Shown in pieces: positions 39,329 through 48,400 of a stretch of 64,000 nucleotides of DNA. Position 1 is the stretch's first letter; each line of letters opens with the position of its first letter. The stretch is from Bacteroidota bacterium (GTDB taxonomy: Bacteria; Bacteroidota; Ignavibacteria; Kapaibacteriales; Kapaibacteriaceae). The position numbers were made by a program, and so were the translations under genes. The stretch covers positions 156,094-220,093 of the forward strand of contig JAFDZT010000004.1 of the NCBI GenBank assembly GCA_018266735.1, written 5' to 3'. The notes below the pieces were generated by a model that had not been told where the DNA came from, made no database searches, and worked only from the letters and a program-made list of their open reading frames with translations.

Positions 39329-40135
39329 TTACCCTTTGTACCGAAGGATCACCTGGTGATTCCACCGCAGATCGATCACATCGACGGTGGTCATGTTCAT
39401 CGCAGCACCGGCCTGCTTCCAGAACACGTTCATGTCCGCAAAGGCGCGCTGCGTCTCCACGGCATCTCCGAGACCGACGCGCCAACGCGCATCGTCCGTG
39501 ATGAGCTCCGCCGAGCGCGTGCGCCGATCGTAGCGAACTTCCGATACTGCTTGATACAACACGGGGTCCAGTGTGCCGGACGCCGAAACGAGCATGGCCG
39601 CGACCATCCTCACTTCTTCGTTGGTGAGGATGCTGCCACTGCGTGTTGCTTGAATGACGGGAATGTTGTGTGCGGTGCGAACGGTGGCTGGAGGAAGGAT
39701 GGAGCCCTCGGCGTCGACGTAGCGAAGATCTCCGCCCGTCACCACCACATGGGCCAGGGGCATGCGCTCGCGCACATCCACCGTGATCTCGTGCACACCC
39801 GTGCGATACACCGAGGCCGTTCGCACATAGGGATGGCGCTCCACCATCTCGCGAATGTCCGCGAGTGCGAGCGACCGTGCCTGCTTGTGAACGATGGTGT
39901 CGACCATGGTGCGAATGGTTGTTTGGCTAAGTCCCGTTGCTCCCGTTACCACAACACGGTCGACCTGTTGCCGACCTTGCCATTGCGCTGCCACGAGTGA
40001 AACGAAGACCACCGCCAGCAGAGACACCATCAAACCAGGGGCGCTTTTTTCACGCCCCTTGTTGTCTGCTTCCCCGTTCGTTCCTCTCACCGCCACTGCA
40101 TGCCTCGCGTTGTGGATAACTCGCCAGGAATCCAC
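39329..40135 (-). CDS. ftsQ: Cell division protein FtsQ/DivIB (POTRA domain)
   Basis: One TM (LMVSLLAVVFVSLVAA) followed by a POTRA-like domain, immediately upstream of ftsA. The listed start is the GTG at 40135; the start could instead be the ATG near 40030. Confidence 0.7.
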   Translation of the reverse strand: MDSWRVIHNARHAVAVRGTNGEADNKGREKSAPGLMVSLLAVVFVSLVAAQWQGRQQVDRVVVTGATGLSQTTIRTMVDTIVHKQARSLALADIREMVERHPYVRTASVYRTGVHEITVDVRERMPLAHVVVTGGDLRYVDAEGSILPPATVRTAHNIPVIQATRSGSILTNEEVRMVAAMLVSASGTLDPVLYQAVSEVRYDRRTRSAELITDDARWRVGLGDAVETQRAFADMNVFWKQAGAAMNMTTVDVIDLRWNHQVILRYKG

Positions 40136-40325
40136 AGCCCTGTGGATAACTCGACGGTTGTTGTCCGGCCCCCCGGAATGTCACGCTGTGCTGTCCACCC
40201 ATATCCTTGAATCACATAAGGATTTACAGCACGCGCTAATCTACAACGCGACTTAAGAAGAAGCAATAGCTCGTGGGGTCATTCCCATCAATTATTCACA
40301 CAGGTTATCCACATGCTGTGGATTT
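40111..40325. promoter_or_regulatory. Cluster of DnaA boxes (3 perfect TTATCCACA/TGTGGATAA + 3 one- or two-mismatch copies) flanking a locally AT-rich stretch
   Basis: TGTGGATAA at 40111-40119 and 40141-40149; TTATCCACA at 40305-40313; TTATTCACA at 40292-40300; GAATCCACA at 40128-40136; TGTGGATTT at 40317-40325. Confidence 0.5.
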
Positions 40326-41112
40326 AGCTGATGGTCTTCGTCCGACCACCGTCCACAAGGATGGAAGTACCAGTGATGTAGGCGGCAAGGGGCGAGGCAA
40401 GAAAGCCGACGGCATAGGCGATCTCTTCGGGCTTTGCGAAGCGGCCGACCGGGATCTCGCGGGCCATGTCGTGACGGATGGCATCCTCGCTCATGCCCGT
40501 CATTGCTGCCTTTCGCGTGATGATCTGCTGCAGACGCTCGGTCTCCGTGGCACCCGGCAGGATGTTGTTCACGGTCACTCCATACGGTGCCACTTCCGTT
40601 GCCAACGTCTTCGACCAACTGGCCATCGCGCCGCGGATCGTGTTGCTCACTCCCAGGCCTTCGATGGGTTGTTTCACAGATGTGGATATGATGTTAATGA
40701 GGCGACCGAAGCCCTTTTCCTTCATTCCGGGGAGGACGATCTGCATCAGACCATGAGCGATAAGTAGATGATTGTGAAAGGTTTGCATCAGTTGATCGGA
40801 GATGGCCTCGGTGAGTTGTCCACCGGCTGGTCCACCGGTGTTATTCACAACAATGTGGAAAGCGCCATTGCTTTTCACATGGTTATGCACACTGTGGAAA
40901 AGGTCATCTGCCTCACCAACGTCAGCAACGATCACAGAATGGGACTGACCATTGGCAACGGCAAGTCCGGTGCGTACGCGTTCGAGCTCTTCGGCAGAGC
41001 GAGCCAGGAGGGTGACGTTGGCGCCCATAGAGGCAAGTTGTTCAGCAGATGCTCGGCCAATGCCCTTGCTAGCACCGCAGACGAGGGCGCGATAACCGTG
41101 GAGTGAATTCAT
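40324..41112 (-). CDS. SDR-family short-chain dehydrogenase/reductase
   Basis: ALVCGASKGIGRA (TGxxxGIG), a YxxxK catalytic region and NNTG; start MNSLHGYRALV. Confidence 0.8.
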   Translation of the reverse strand: MNSLHGYRALVCGASKGIGRASAEQLASMGANVTLLARSAEELERVRTGLAVANGQSHSVIVADVGEADDLFHSVHNHVKSNGAFHIVVNNTGGPAGGQLTEAISDQLMQTFHNHLLIAHGLMQIVLPGMKEKGFGRLINIISTSVKQPIEGLGVSNTIRGAMASWSKTLATEVAPYGVTVNNILPGATETERLQQIITRKAAMTGMSEDAIRHDMAREIPVGRFAKPEEIAYAVGFLASPLAAYITGTSILVDGGRTKTIS

Positions 41113-41210
41113 GATGGGTGTGAATAGTGAGAAGGAGGACGTGACAAGTGACAGCGTCACAATATCTTTGTGAGAACAACAGTTGTTGCACCTCACCATT
41201 CAAAGATACG

Positions 41211-41732
41211 ATGGCAGTTCTTCCTCCGATCAATTTCAAGAAATGGATCGACGAACATCGACACCTCTTGAAGCCTCCCGTGGGCAATGCCAAGGTGTAT
41301 GAAGACACCGACTTTATCATCATGGTGGTGGGTGGGCCCAACGCCAGGAAGGACTATCACTTCAATGAAGGGGAAGAGTTCTTCTATCAGCTCGAAGGTG
41401 ATATCACCGTCAAGATCATCGACGATGGTGAACCCAAGGACATTCATATCGCCGAAGGCGAGATCTTCCTCTTGCCGCCCCGCACCCCTCACTCCCCCCA
41501 GCGACCTGCCAATACCGTGGGCCTTGTGATCGAACGGAAGCGGACGGAAGCCGAGCTCGATGCCTTCATGTGGTTCTGTGAGAAGTGCGGACATAAACTC
41601 TACGAGGAGTTCCTGCCGCTCACCGATATCGTGACGCAACTCCCGCCGATCTTCGAGCGGTACTATCAGAACGAAGAACACCGTACCTGTCCGAAGTGCG
41701 GCTCGATCATGCAACCACCGGTGAAGAAGTAA
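41211..41732 (+). CDS. 3-hydroxyanthranilate 3,4-dioxygenase (HAAO; cupin with a C-terminal rubredoxin-like Cys4 site)
   Basis: Cupin core (DYHFNEGEEFFYQLEGD...HIAEGEIFLLPP) and two CxxC pairs (CEKCGH / CPKCGS). Start MAVLPPINF at 41211. Confidence 0.8.
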   Translation: MAVLPPINFKKWIDEHRHLLKPPVGNAKVYEDTDFIIMVVGGPNARKDYHFNEGEEFFYQLEGDITVKIIDDGEPKDIHIAEGEIFLLPPRTPHSPQRPANTVGLVIERKRTEAELDAFMWFCEKCGHKLYEEFLPLTDIVTQLPPIFERYYQNEEHRTCPKCGSIMQPPVKK

Positions 41733-42793
41733 TGCTCAAGATCGACTGCCACGCCCACATCCTTCCGGAACGATGGCCTTCCCTCAAAGAGCGCTACGGC
41801 TACGGTGGGTTCATTGAACTCGACCACGTAGCGCCCGGCAAAGCGCGCATGATGCGGGATGACGGGACGTTCTTCCGGGAGATCGAACAGAACACGTGGG
41901 ATCCGGTGGCCATTCTTGCCGACATGGATGCGCACGACGTCGACACGATGGTGCTGTGTACCGTGCCGGTGCTGTTCTCGTACTGGGCCAAACCGCAGGA
42001 TGGACTGGACTGGTCACGATTCCTGAACGATCATCTTGCCGGAGTGGTACAAGATCACCCGAAGCGGTTCATTGGATTGGGCACGGTGCCCATGCAGGAC
42101 GTCGATCTTGCCATTCAGGAAATGAAGCGTTGTAAGGAAGAGCTTGGCATGCCGGGCATCGAGATCGGAACGAATGTCAATGGTCGGAACCTCGACGATC
42201 CGTCGCTCTTCCCCTTTTGGAAGGCGGCCGAGGAGATCAGCATGGCCATCTTCGTCCACCCGTGGGAGATGATGGGCGCTGACCGAACGCAGAAGTACTT
42301 CTTGCAATGGCTCGTGGGCATGCCGGCAGAGACGACGTTGGCCATTGCCTCGATGCTGTTCGGCGGCGTGTTCGATGCCTTCCCGAAGTTGCGCGTGATG
42401 TTCGCCCATGCCGGAGGGACGTTCCCGTTCACGGTGGGCAGGATCTCGCATGGCTATTATGCACGACCGGATCTCTGCAACGTGAATGGCGTGGCAGATC
42501 CGACGGACTATGTGGGGCGGTTCTGGGTGGACTCGATCACGCACAACGCCGATGCGCTGCGTTTTCTTCTTGCCCTGCTCGGACCGGATCGGATCGCCTA
42601 TGGAACGGACTATCCGTTCCCGCTCGGTGACCTTGAACATGGCAAGTTCATCGAGGAGATGGCAGATCTTTCTCCGGCCCTGAAGCAACAACTCTTTGCC
42701 TCGACCGTTCTTGACTTTCTCGACCTGCAGGCAGACGACTATCTGCGGCCATCTCCGAAGGAACTTCCGGATCAGGACACGGTGTTCGAATAG
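41732..42793 (+). CDS. 2-amino-3-carboxymuconate-6-semialdehyde decarboxylase (ACMSD; amidohydrolase superfamily)
   Basis: Strikingly close to human ACMSD along its full length (MLKIDCHAHILPERWPSLKERYGYGGFIELDH...GMPAETTLAIASMLFGGVFD...FAHAGGTFPFTVGRISHG...GTDYPFPLGDLE). Its start overlaps the HAAO stop (TAATG). Confidence 0.85.
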   Translation: MLKIDCHAHILPERWPSLKERYGYGGFIELDHVAPGKARMMRDDGTFFREIEQNTWDPVAILADMDAHDVDTMVLCTVPVLFSYWAKPQDGLDWSRFLNDHLAGVVQDHPKRFIGLGTVPMQDVDLAIQEMKRCKEELGMPGIEIGTNVNGRNLDDPSLFPFWKAAEEISMAIFVHPWEMMGADRTQKYFLQWLVGMPAETTLAIASMLFGGVFDAFPKLRVMFAHAGGTFPFTVGRISHGYYARPDLCNVNGVADPTDYVGRFWVDSITHNADALRFLLALLGPDRIAYGTDYPFPLGDLEHGKFIEEMADLSPALKQQLFASTVLDFLDLQADDYLRPSPKELPDQDTVFE

Positions 42794-42837
42794 TTCTCTT
42801 CGCCGATTCCACAGAATGTCGCTATTTTTGTCGCCCC

Positions 42838-42920
42838 GGAGGGCTCGCATAATGGTATTGCAGCGGTCTTGAAAACCGCCGGGCGCAAGCCTGTGGGGGT
42901 TCGAGTCCCTCGCCCTCCGC
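42838..42920 (+). tRNA. tRNA-Ser (anticodon UGA), class II with a long variable arm
   Basis: Acceptor GGAGGGC/GCCCUCC, a 3-bp D-stem, anticodon stem GCGGU/ACCGC with loop CUUGAAA (UGA at 42870-42872), a 16-nt variable arm, T-arm GGGGG-UUCGAGU-CCCUC and discriminator G. CCA is not encoded. Confidence 0.75.
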
Positions 42921-42956
42921 ATCTGAATTTCATTTTTGTAGTACAAAGGATATCCT

Positions 42957-43730
42957 ATGTTGAAGCGTATCGCCTCTGCGGCTCTCCTGGCCGCCACCGT
43001 CATTGGCCTTGGTGCCTGCTCGAAGGACAGCACAACGAATCCCACTACGAATGCGACCTATTTGGTCACGACGTCTGGCTCCTACTGGCTGTACGACGAT
43101 TTCTCACTGACCGGCTCCTCCACAGCCCCCGATTCGTCGAAGGTTGGAACCGATTCGATGGTCGTGCTCGGACCTGCAACGCAAGGCGGACTTTCCTGTA
43201 CGGCCTATGTCGACTACACAACGGACTCCTCAGGCACCACGGCAGATACAACATATCAACGTGAAGAAGGCGGCAAGGTCTACACGTACTTCCCGCTCCA
43301 GATCGACGGACTCGGTGGCCTTGGCGCCGTTGACCTCGGAAGCAAGTGGGTGGTGATCGCCGATCAGAACGGGACGACGTGGACATCGCTCGATACCACA
43401 CTCAAGGACGTACCGCTTGACTATAACGGCACCGTGTTGACCGCCAACATCGGCATGAAGATGACCGGACAAAAGATCGGCACCGAGAACGTTACCGTAT
43501 ATGGCACGTCGTACTCTGCGCTGCACTGCTTGTCCACGTTCAGCATCACGATCACCATTGTTGGCTTCGGTGAGATCCCGATCACCGTTCCAATCCACTA
43601 CTGGATGGTTGCGAACAAGGGTGTTGTGAAGATGCAACAACCACCACAAACGATCACGATCGCAGCACTTGGTCAAACGATCCCTGTTCCGGGGAACAAA
43701 CGATTGCTGACGAAAGCAGTGATCAAGTAA
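42957..43730 (+). CDS. Hypothetical lipoprotein
   Basis: Lipobox LGACS; a Thr/Ser-rich secreted protein of 257 aa. Confidence 0.5.
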   Translation: MLKRIASAALLAATVIGLGACSKDSTTNPTTNATYLVTTSGSYWLYDDFSLTGSSTAPDSSKVGTDSMVVLGPATQGGLSCTAYVDYTTDSSGTTADTTYQREEGGKVYTYFPLQIDGLGGLGAVDLGSKWVVIADQNGTTWTSLDTTLKDVPLDYNGTVLTANIGMKMTGQKIGTENVTVYGTSYSALHCLSTFSITITIVGFGEIPITVPIHYWMVANKGVVKMQQPPQTITIAALGQTIPVPGNKRLLTKAVIK

Positions 43731-43765
43731 GTGACAAGTGACAAGTGACGAGTGACGAGTGACAA
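43731..43765 (+). repeat. Five tandem heptamers GTGACAA/GTGACGA directly after the stop codon
   Basis: gtgacaagtgacaagtgacgagtgacgagtgacaa is seen directly. Confidence 0.8.
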
Positions 43766-43768
43766 ATA

Positions 43769-43799
43769 GGGCATCCGAAAGGATGCCCTTTCTTTTTTT
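43769..43799 (+). terminator. Rho-independent terminator
   Basis: gggcatcc-gaaa-ggatgccc followed by tttctttttttc. Confidence 0.75.
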
Positions 43800-43837
43800 C
43801 GGCACAATGTAACCGCTCCTCGACGTCGTGTCTCTCA

Positions 43838-44416
43838 TTGGGAAAGCGTACAACCAAGGTCGTTATGTCATCGTCCCCCACATCGCCCAAGCAAGCAGCA
43901 TTCATGGAATTGCTGTTGCCCTTGCAGAAGCGGCTCGAGAAGTTCGCCTTCTCGATGACGCATGATGCCGACGAGGCGAAGGATCTGGTGCAGGACACCA
44001 TCCTGTCCGCCTGGCAGCACTTCGACGACGTCCGCGACCATGCCGCCTTCCGGAGCTACCTGTTCAGTATCTGCTCCAACTCCTACAAACGCAAATACAC
44101 GCGAGCCAAGCTGTTCGGTCTGCTCACCGAAGACCTCCACGAAACACTTGCCGCCACCACCCTCGCTCCCGACGATGCCACCGATACGACCTTCGTCTAT
44201 CACGCACTCGCAAAACTTCCCTTCAAGTATCGTGAAGCGCTGATCATGCATGAGATCACCGGGCTCACCGTAGAAGAGATCCGGAAGGTGCAAGGCGGCA
44301 CGGCATCGGCGATCAAGGTACGGCTGATGCGAGGTCGTAGAATGCTGGCCCGCTTGCTCGGAGTACACACGGAACAAACGCTATCGGTGCAACCGGCGCC
44401 GAGCAAAGGATCCTGA
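43838..44416 (+). CDS. ECF-subfamily RNA polymerase sigma-70 factor
   Basis: Region 2 (DLVQDTILSAWQHFDD...FRSYLFSICSN) and region 4 HTH (ALAKLPFKYREALIMHEITGLTVEEI). Confidence 0.8.
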   Translation: MGKRTTKVVMSSSPTSPKQAAFMELLLPLQKRLEKFAFSMTHDADEAKDLVQDTILSAWQHFDDVRDHAAFRSYLFSICSNSYKRKYTRAKLFGLLTEDLHETLAATTLAPDDATDTTFVYHALAKLPFKYREALIMHEITGLTVEEIRKVQGGTASAIKVRLMRGRRMLARLLGVHTEQTLSVQPAPSKGS

Positions 44417-44418
44417 TC

Positions 44419-45438
44419 ATGAGAACGAAACACACGATCGACGAAGCACTGCGCGCCGTGCGCGACGATGAACGACCACCACTTCTTCGCACGGAGGACA
44501 TCGAAGAGCTCGTCCGCACAAACCCTACACCTGCCACGTCCACGCCTCCCCCATCGCATCTACTGCCGTGGACCATTGGTGGACTGGCCCTTGCGGCCAC
44601 AACGGTGGGAATCGTCTGGTGGAACTCGTCGGATCACACCGAGCAGATGATCGATGCATCCGATGTGAACGTCGTAGCGTCAACGGCCGACCACACCACC
44701 GTCAACCCTGCCGCCCCGCCGCCTTCCCAACATCGCGATGCACCGGCCGCAGAGCCTGTGCGCATCTCGACCCTGGCGCCGACCGAGAACGACCTCACAA
44801 CGCTTGGTCTTGTGGTGAGCGGATCGCAGCTTCAATACCGCGATGGCAGGTCGCTTGTGACGGTGACCACGACGGGGATCTCTGTGGTCGATGATGGAGG
44901 CGACGCGGACTCGCTGCACATAGTGCCGCGTATGGTCACACTCTTCCGGCAGGGTACGCACTTCGCAGCATGGTGGGATCGAACAGACGATGATGCGGCG
45001 AGCAACCTTCGTACGAAAGCGGTCATGCCGAACGACCTCGTGCCGGTGAAGGTCACGCTCAAGGATCCATCGTCACCGATGTTTCGCGAAGCCGACGTGA
45101 TCCTGTGGTATCCTGCCTTCCGTCGCGGACTCGATCCGTTCAAGCAACGCAACGACGTTCGTGGTGCCATCGTCGAGAGCAACATCTACCCCAACCCGCT
45201 GCAACAGGGCGAGGCCACACTCCACGTGACGTTGGATCAACAGCGTACGGCTTCGATCGATGTCTTCGATCTGCAAGGTGCCACCATCCTGCATATCGAC
45301 GAGGCCATCTCCAATGCACAAGGCGAACACCGCATCCGACTTCCCTTTGATGCAAGCGTGCCAACAGGTATGTACATCATCGTCCTCACCACCACCGCAG
45401 GCGAGCGCAGTATTCAACGCCTGATGATCGAACGATAA
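44419..45438 (+). CDS. Putative membrane anti-sigma factor (N-in, single TM) whose periplasmic part ends in a T9SS C-terminal domain
   Basis: It starts 3 nt after the ECF sigma stop. One TM is present (WTIGGLALAATTVGIVWW). The last ~80 aa match Por_Secre_tail (IYPNPLQQGEATLHVTLDQ...VFDLQGATILHIDE...VPTGMYIIVLTTTAGERSIQRLMI). Confidence 0.45.
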   Translation: MRTKHTIDEALRAVRDDERPPLLRTEDIEELVRTNPTPATSTPPPSHLLPWTIGGLALAATTVGIVWWNSSDHTEQMIDASDVNVVASTADHTTVNPAAPPPSQHRDAPAAEPVRISTLAPTENDLTTLGLVVSGSQLQYRDGRSLVTVTTTGISVVDDGGDADSLHIVPRMVTLFRQGTHFAAWWDRTDDDAASNLRTKAVMPNDLVPVKVTLKDPSSPMFREADVILWYPAFRRGLDPFKQRNDVRGAIVESNIYPNPLQQGEATLHVTLDQQRTASIDVFDLQGATILHIDEAISNAQGEHRIRLPFDASVPTGMYIIVLTTTAGERSIQRLMIER

Positions 45439-45450
45439 CAGGAGTCACCC

Positions 45451-48400
45451 ATGAAGACGATCACATTCTGCCTTATCCTGGTCACGTCGTTCCTCATCGC
45501 TGCGGCACAACCCAAGACCGGTGTGTACTACGATGACGGGAAGGGCGGTAAGGTTGCGCTTGGCATTCAGCGCATGGACATGTCGGTGGATGTCGTTGGA
45601 CATATCGCCACCACGACCGTCGACATGGTCGTGAAGAACACCACCGACCGTGTGCTTGATGGTGAGTACATCTTCTCGATGCAGGACGGACACACGGTCT
45701 CGCGTTTCGCACTCGACATCAATGGTCGCCTGCGCGAAGGCGTCGTGGTCGACAAGGCCAAAGGACGCGAGGCTTATGAGTCCACCATCCGTCAGAAGAT
45801 CGATCCGGCCTTGCTGGAGTGGACGCGAGGCAATGCATTCCGTACGCGTGTCTATCCGCTTCCAGCACACGGCACGCGACACCTCGTGATTTCCTATGAG
45901 CAAGAGCTTCTTCGCGGCAGCACGGGTCTTTCCTATCAGTCACCCTTTGCCTTTGCCGAGAAGATCGATTCCTTTTCGTTCCATGTGGATGTGCATGCTA
46001 CCGATACGAAGCCCGCGCTCACCGGTGGCGTTGGCACAGCCGTGAGCTTCACACTGCATGAGCGCTCGTACATGGCAGAGTTCAGCGGCACGGACATTGC
46101 ATTGGCCGCCCCCTTCCTATTGCAGATCCCCATCACGAGCGGCAAGCCATCGGTGGCTGTGAACGACTTCAAGGATGTGTCGTACTTCGCGGCCTTTCTG
46201 CATCCGCGCGTCACCACCCGGCAACGAAGCAAGCCGTTCACCATCGCCTTGGTGTGGGACGTTTCTGCATCGGCGGCCGGACGGGATGTGAACAAGGAGA
46301 TCGACTTCCTGCATGCAATGTGGCGACGGATCGGCACGGCAAGTGTGGACCTTACAACGTTCGACATCACGCGCAGATCCGTACGTCGGTTCAGCATTGC
46401 CGACGGCAAATGTCCGGAACTCGACAAGGTCTTGCAGCAACAACAGTACGATGGTGGTACACAGCTCTCGGCATTGGATCTCGCATCGCTGAAGAACGAC
46501 GTCGTGATCTTGTGTTCTGACGGGATCTCGACGTTTGGCTCGCACACCATCGGAAAGGCCAATGCACCGGTGATCGCCGTCACAAGCGCTCCACAGGCGG
46601 ACCACGACGTACTTCGTGGACTTGCCGTTTCCACGGGCGGTGCCATCATCGATCTTACGAAGATGTCGATCGGCGATGCCGAGACCGCCTTCTGGACCGA
46701 TCCGCAGGAGCCACAGACCATTCGCATCATAGACGGCGCGGCCGATATTCGGACCATGCCGTCGGGTCTTGTCGGCATCCTCCATTCCGACCACGCTACC
46801 ATCATCGCAGACCTTGATACCATCCATCTCAGCAAGCAGGAAGACATGGTGGCCGGTTCGTCGATCGCACGTCTGTGGGCTCGTAGTGAACTAGCTCTGC
46901 TTGGTATGGATCGCGAGCGGAACAAGACGGCCATCACAGCACTTGGCACACGGTTCTCACTGGTCACGCCCGGAACATCGCTCATCGTCCTCGATCGTGT
47001 TCAAGACTACGTGCGCTACGGCATCGAACCACCATCCTCCGAACCTGAACTCGTAGAGCAATACCGTAGCATTCGCTCACGTCCGGTGAACGATAGCGCA
47101 CAGCGCTATGCTGCACATTTTGAGCGGGTCGTTGCGATGTTCAAAGAGCGTGCTGTTTGGTGGGGTCGAGTCTTCACTTCACCGTCCAATGTGAGAGTTG
47201 ATTCGAATACACGACTCATCAACGGAAGTAAGCGGCATAGCATGGCAATCGACGTCATTGAAGCGAACGCAGGGAGGACTCGTAGCGATACTACTGTCAT
47301 ACTCGCAGACCGGGACTTTCCACGTAAAGAAAGACCAGTTGCTAGTGTGCTCATACAGGACAATGCGACTGTATCAACGGGCCAAGGCGAACTTGCCAAT
47401 CCTCTGGACCCAGAGCGTTCTCGCCTCGCAAGGACAGAGGGGAAGGACCTTCAATTTGTGGTCCGTGCTTCTCGAAGTTCCAACGAACAAGTACTCGTTG
47501 ATGGGCTTACGATAACAGAACCATTCACGGGTGGACTCGCCAAGGTCGAAGTGACGGAAGACAATGTCACCGGAGAGATATCGATCGCCAAACCCGCAAA
47601 GGATGCGGCCTACGTAAGCGTGGTCCGTTCATCGTCCGACCCATATGCGGCCTACTTGGCGCTACGCGAGGAATACGGACAGAGTCCTGCATTCTATCTG
47701 GATGTTGCCGACATTCTCGCAGAGAAGAAGAAGACCGATCTGGCCTTGCGCGTGCTCTCGAACATTGCCGAGATGCGGTCCGAGGACCATCGACTTCTGC
47801 GCATCCTTGGCTATCGATTGATGAAGGGCGGATACAACGATCTTGCCGTGATGATCTTCGAGGACGTGTTGGCCATGCGCGAGGAAGAGCCGCAGTCATA
47901 TCGCGATCTCGGCCTGGCCTATGCGCAGGCGAAGCGGTATCAAGATGCCGTGTCCAGTTTGTATTCGTTGGCAACACGTCCGTGGGATGGTCGATTCCCC
48001 GAAGTGGAGCTCATTGCCTTGAACGAGATGAATCGCGTGATCGCCGAGCAGGCAAAGGGCGTATCGGTATCGAAGATCGATCCTCGCCTCCTTGCCGCCA
48101 TGCCCGTTGATGTGAGGATCGTTGTGTCGTGGGATGCCGACGACTGCGATATCGACCTCTGGGTAACAGATCCGCGCAATGAGAAATGCATGTACAGCAA
48201 CCGAGACACGAAGATCGGTGGACATCTGTCGCACGATCTGACCGGCGGCTACGGACCGGAAGAGTTTCTGCTGAAGAATGCACTGCCCGGTGACTACAAG
48301 GTACAGGTCAACTACTTTGGTGATCGTCAGCAACGTCTGTCGGGACCAACAACGGTGTACGTGGACATGTACACGAACTATGGCAAGCCAAACGAGAAGA

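Noticed and set aside
42014-43045. 343-aa minus-strand ORF
   Set aside because: Antisense to ACMSD, and it runs across the tRNA-Ser gene; an artefact.
45936-46985. 349-aa minus-strand ORF inside the VIT-VWA gene, plus 47896..48333 and others
   Set aside because: Antisense to a plus-strand gene with a clear signal peptide and VWA MIDAS motif.
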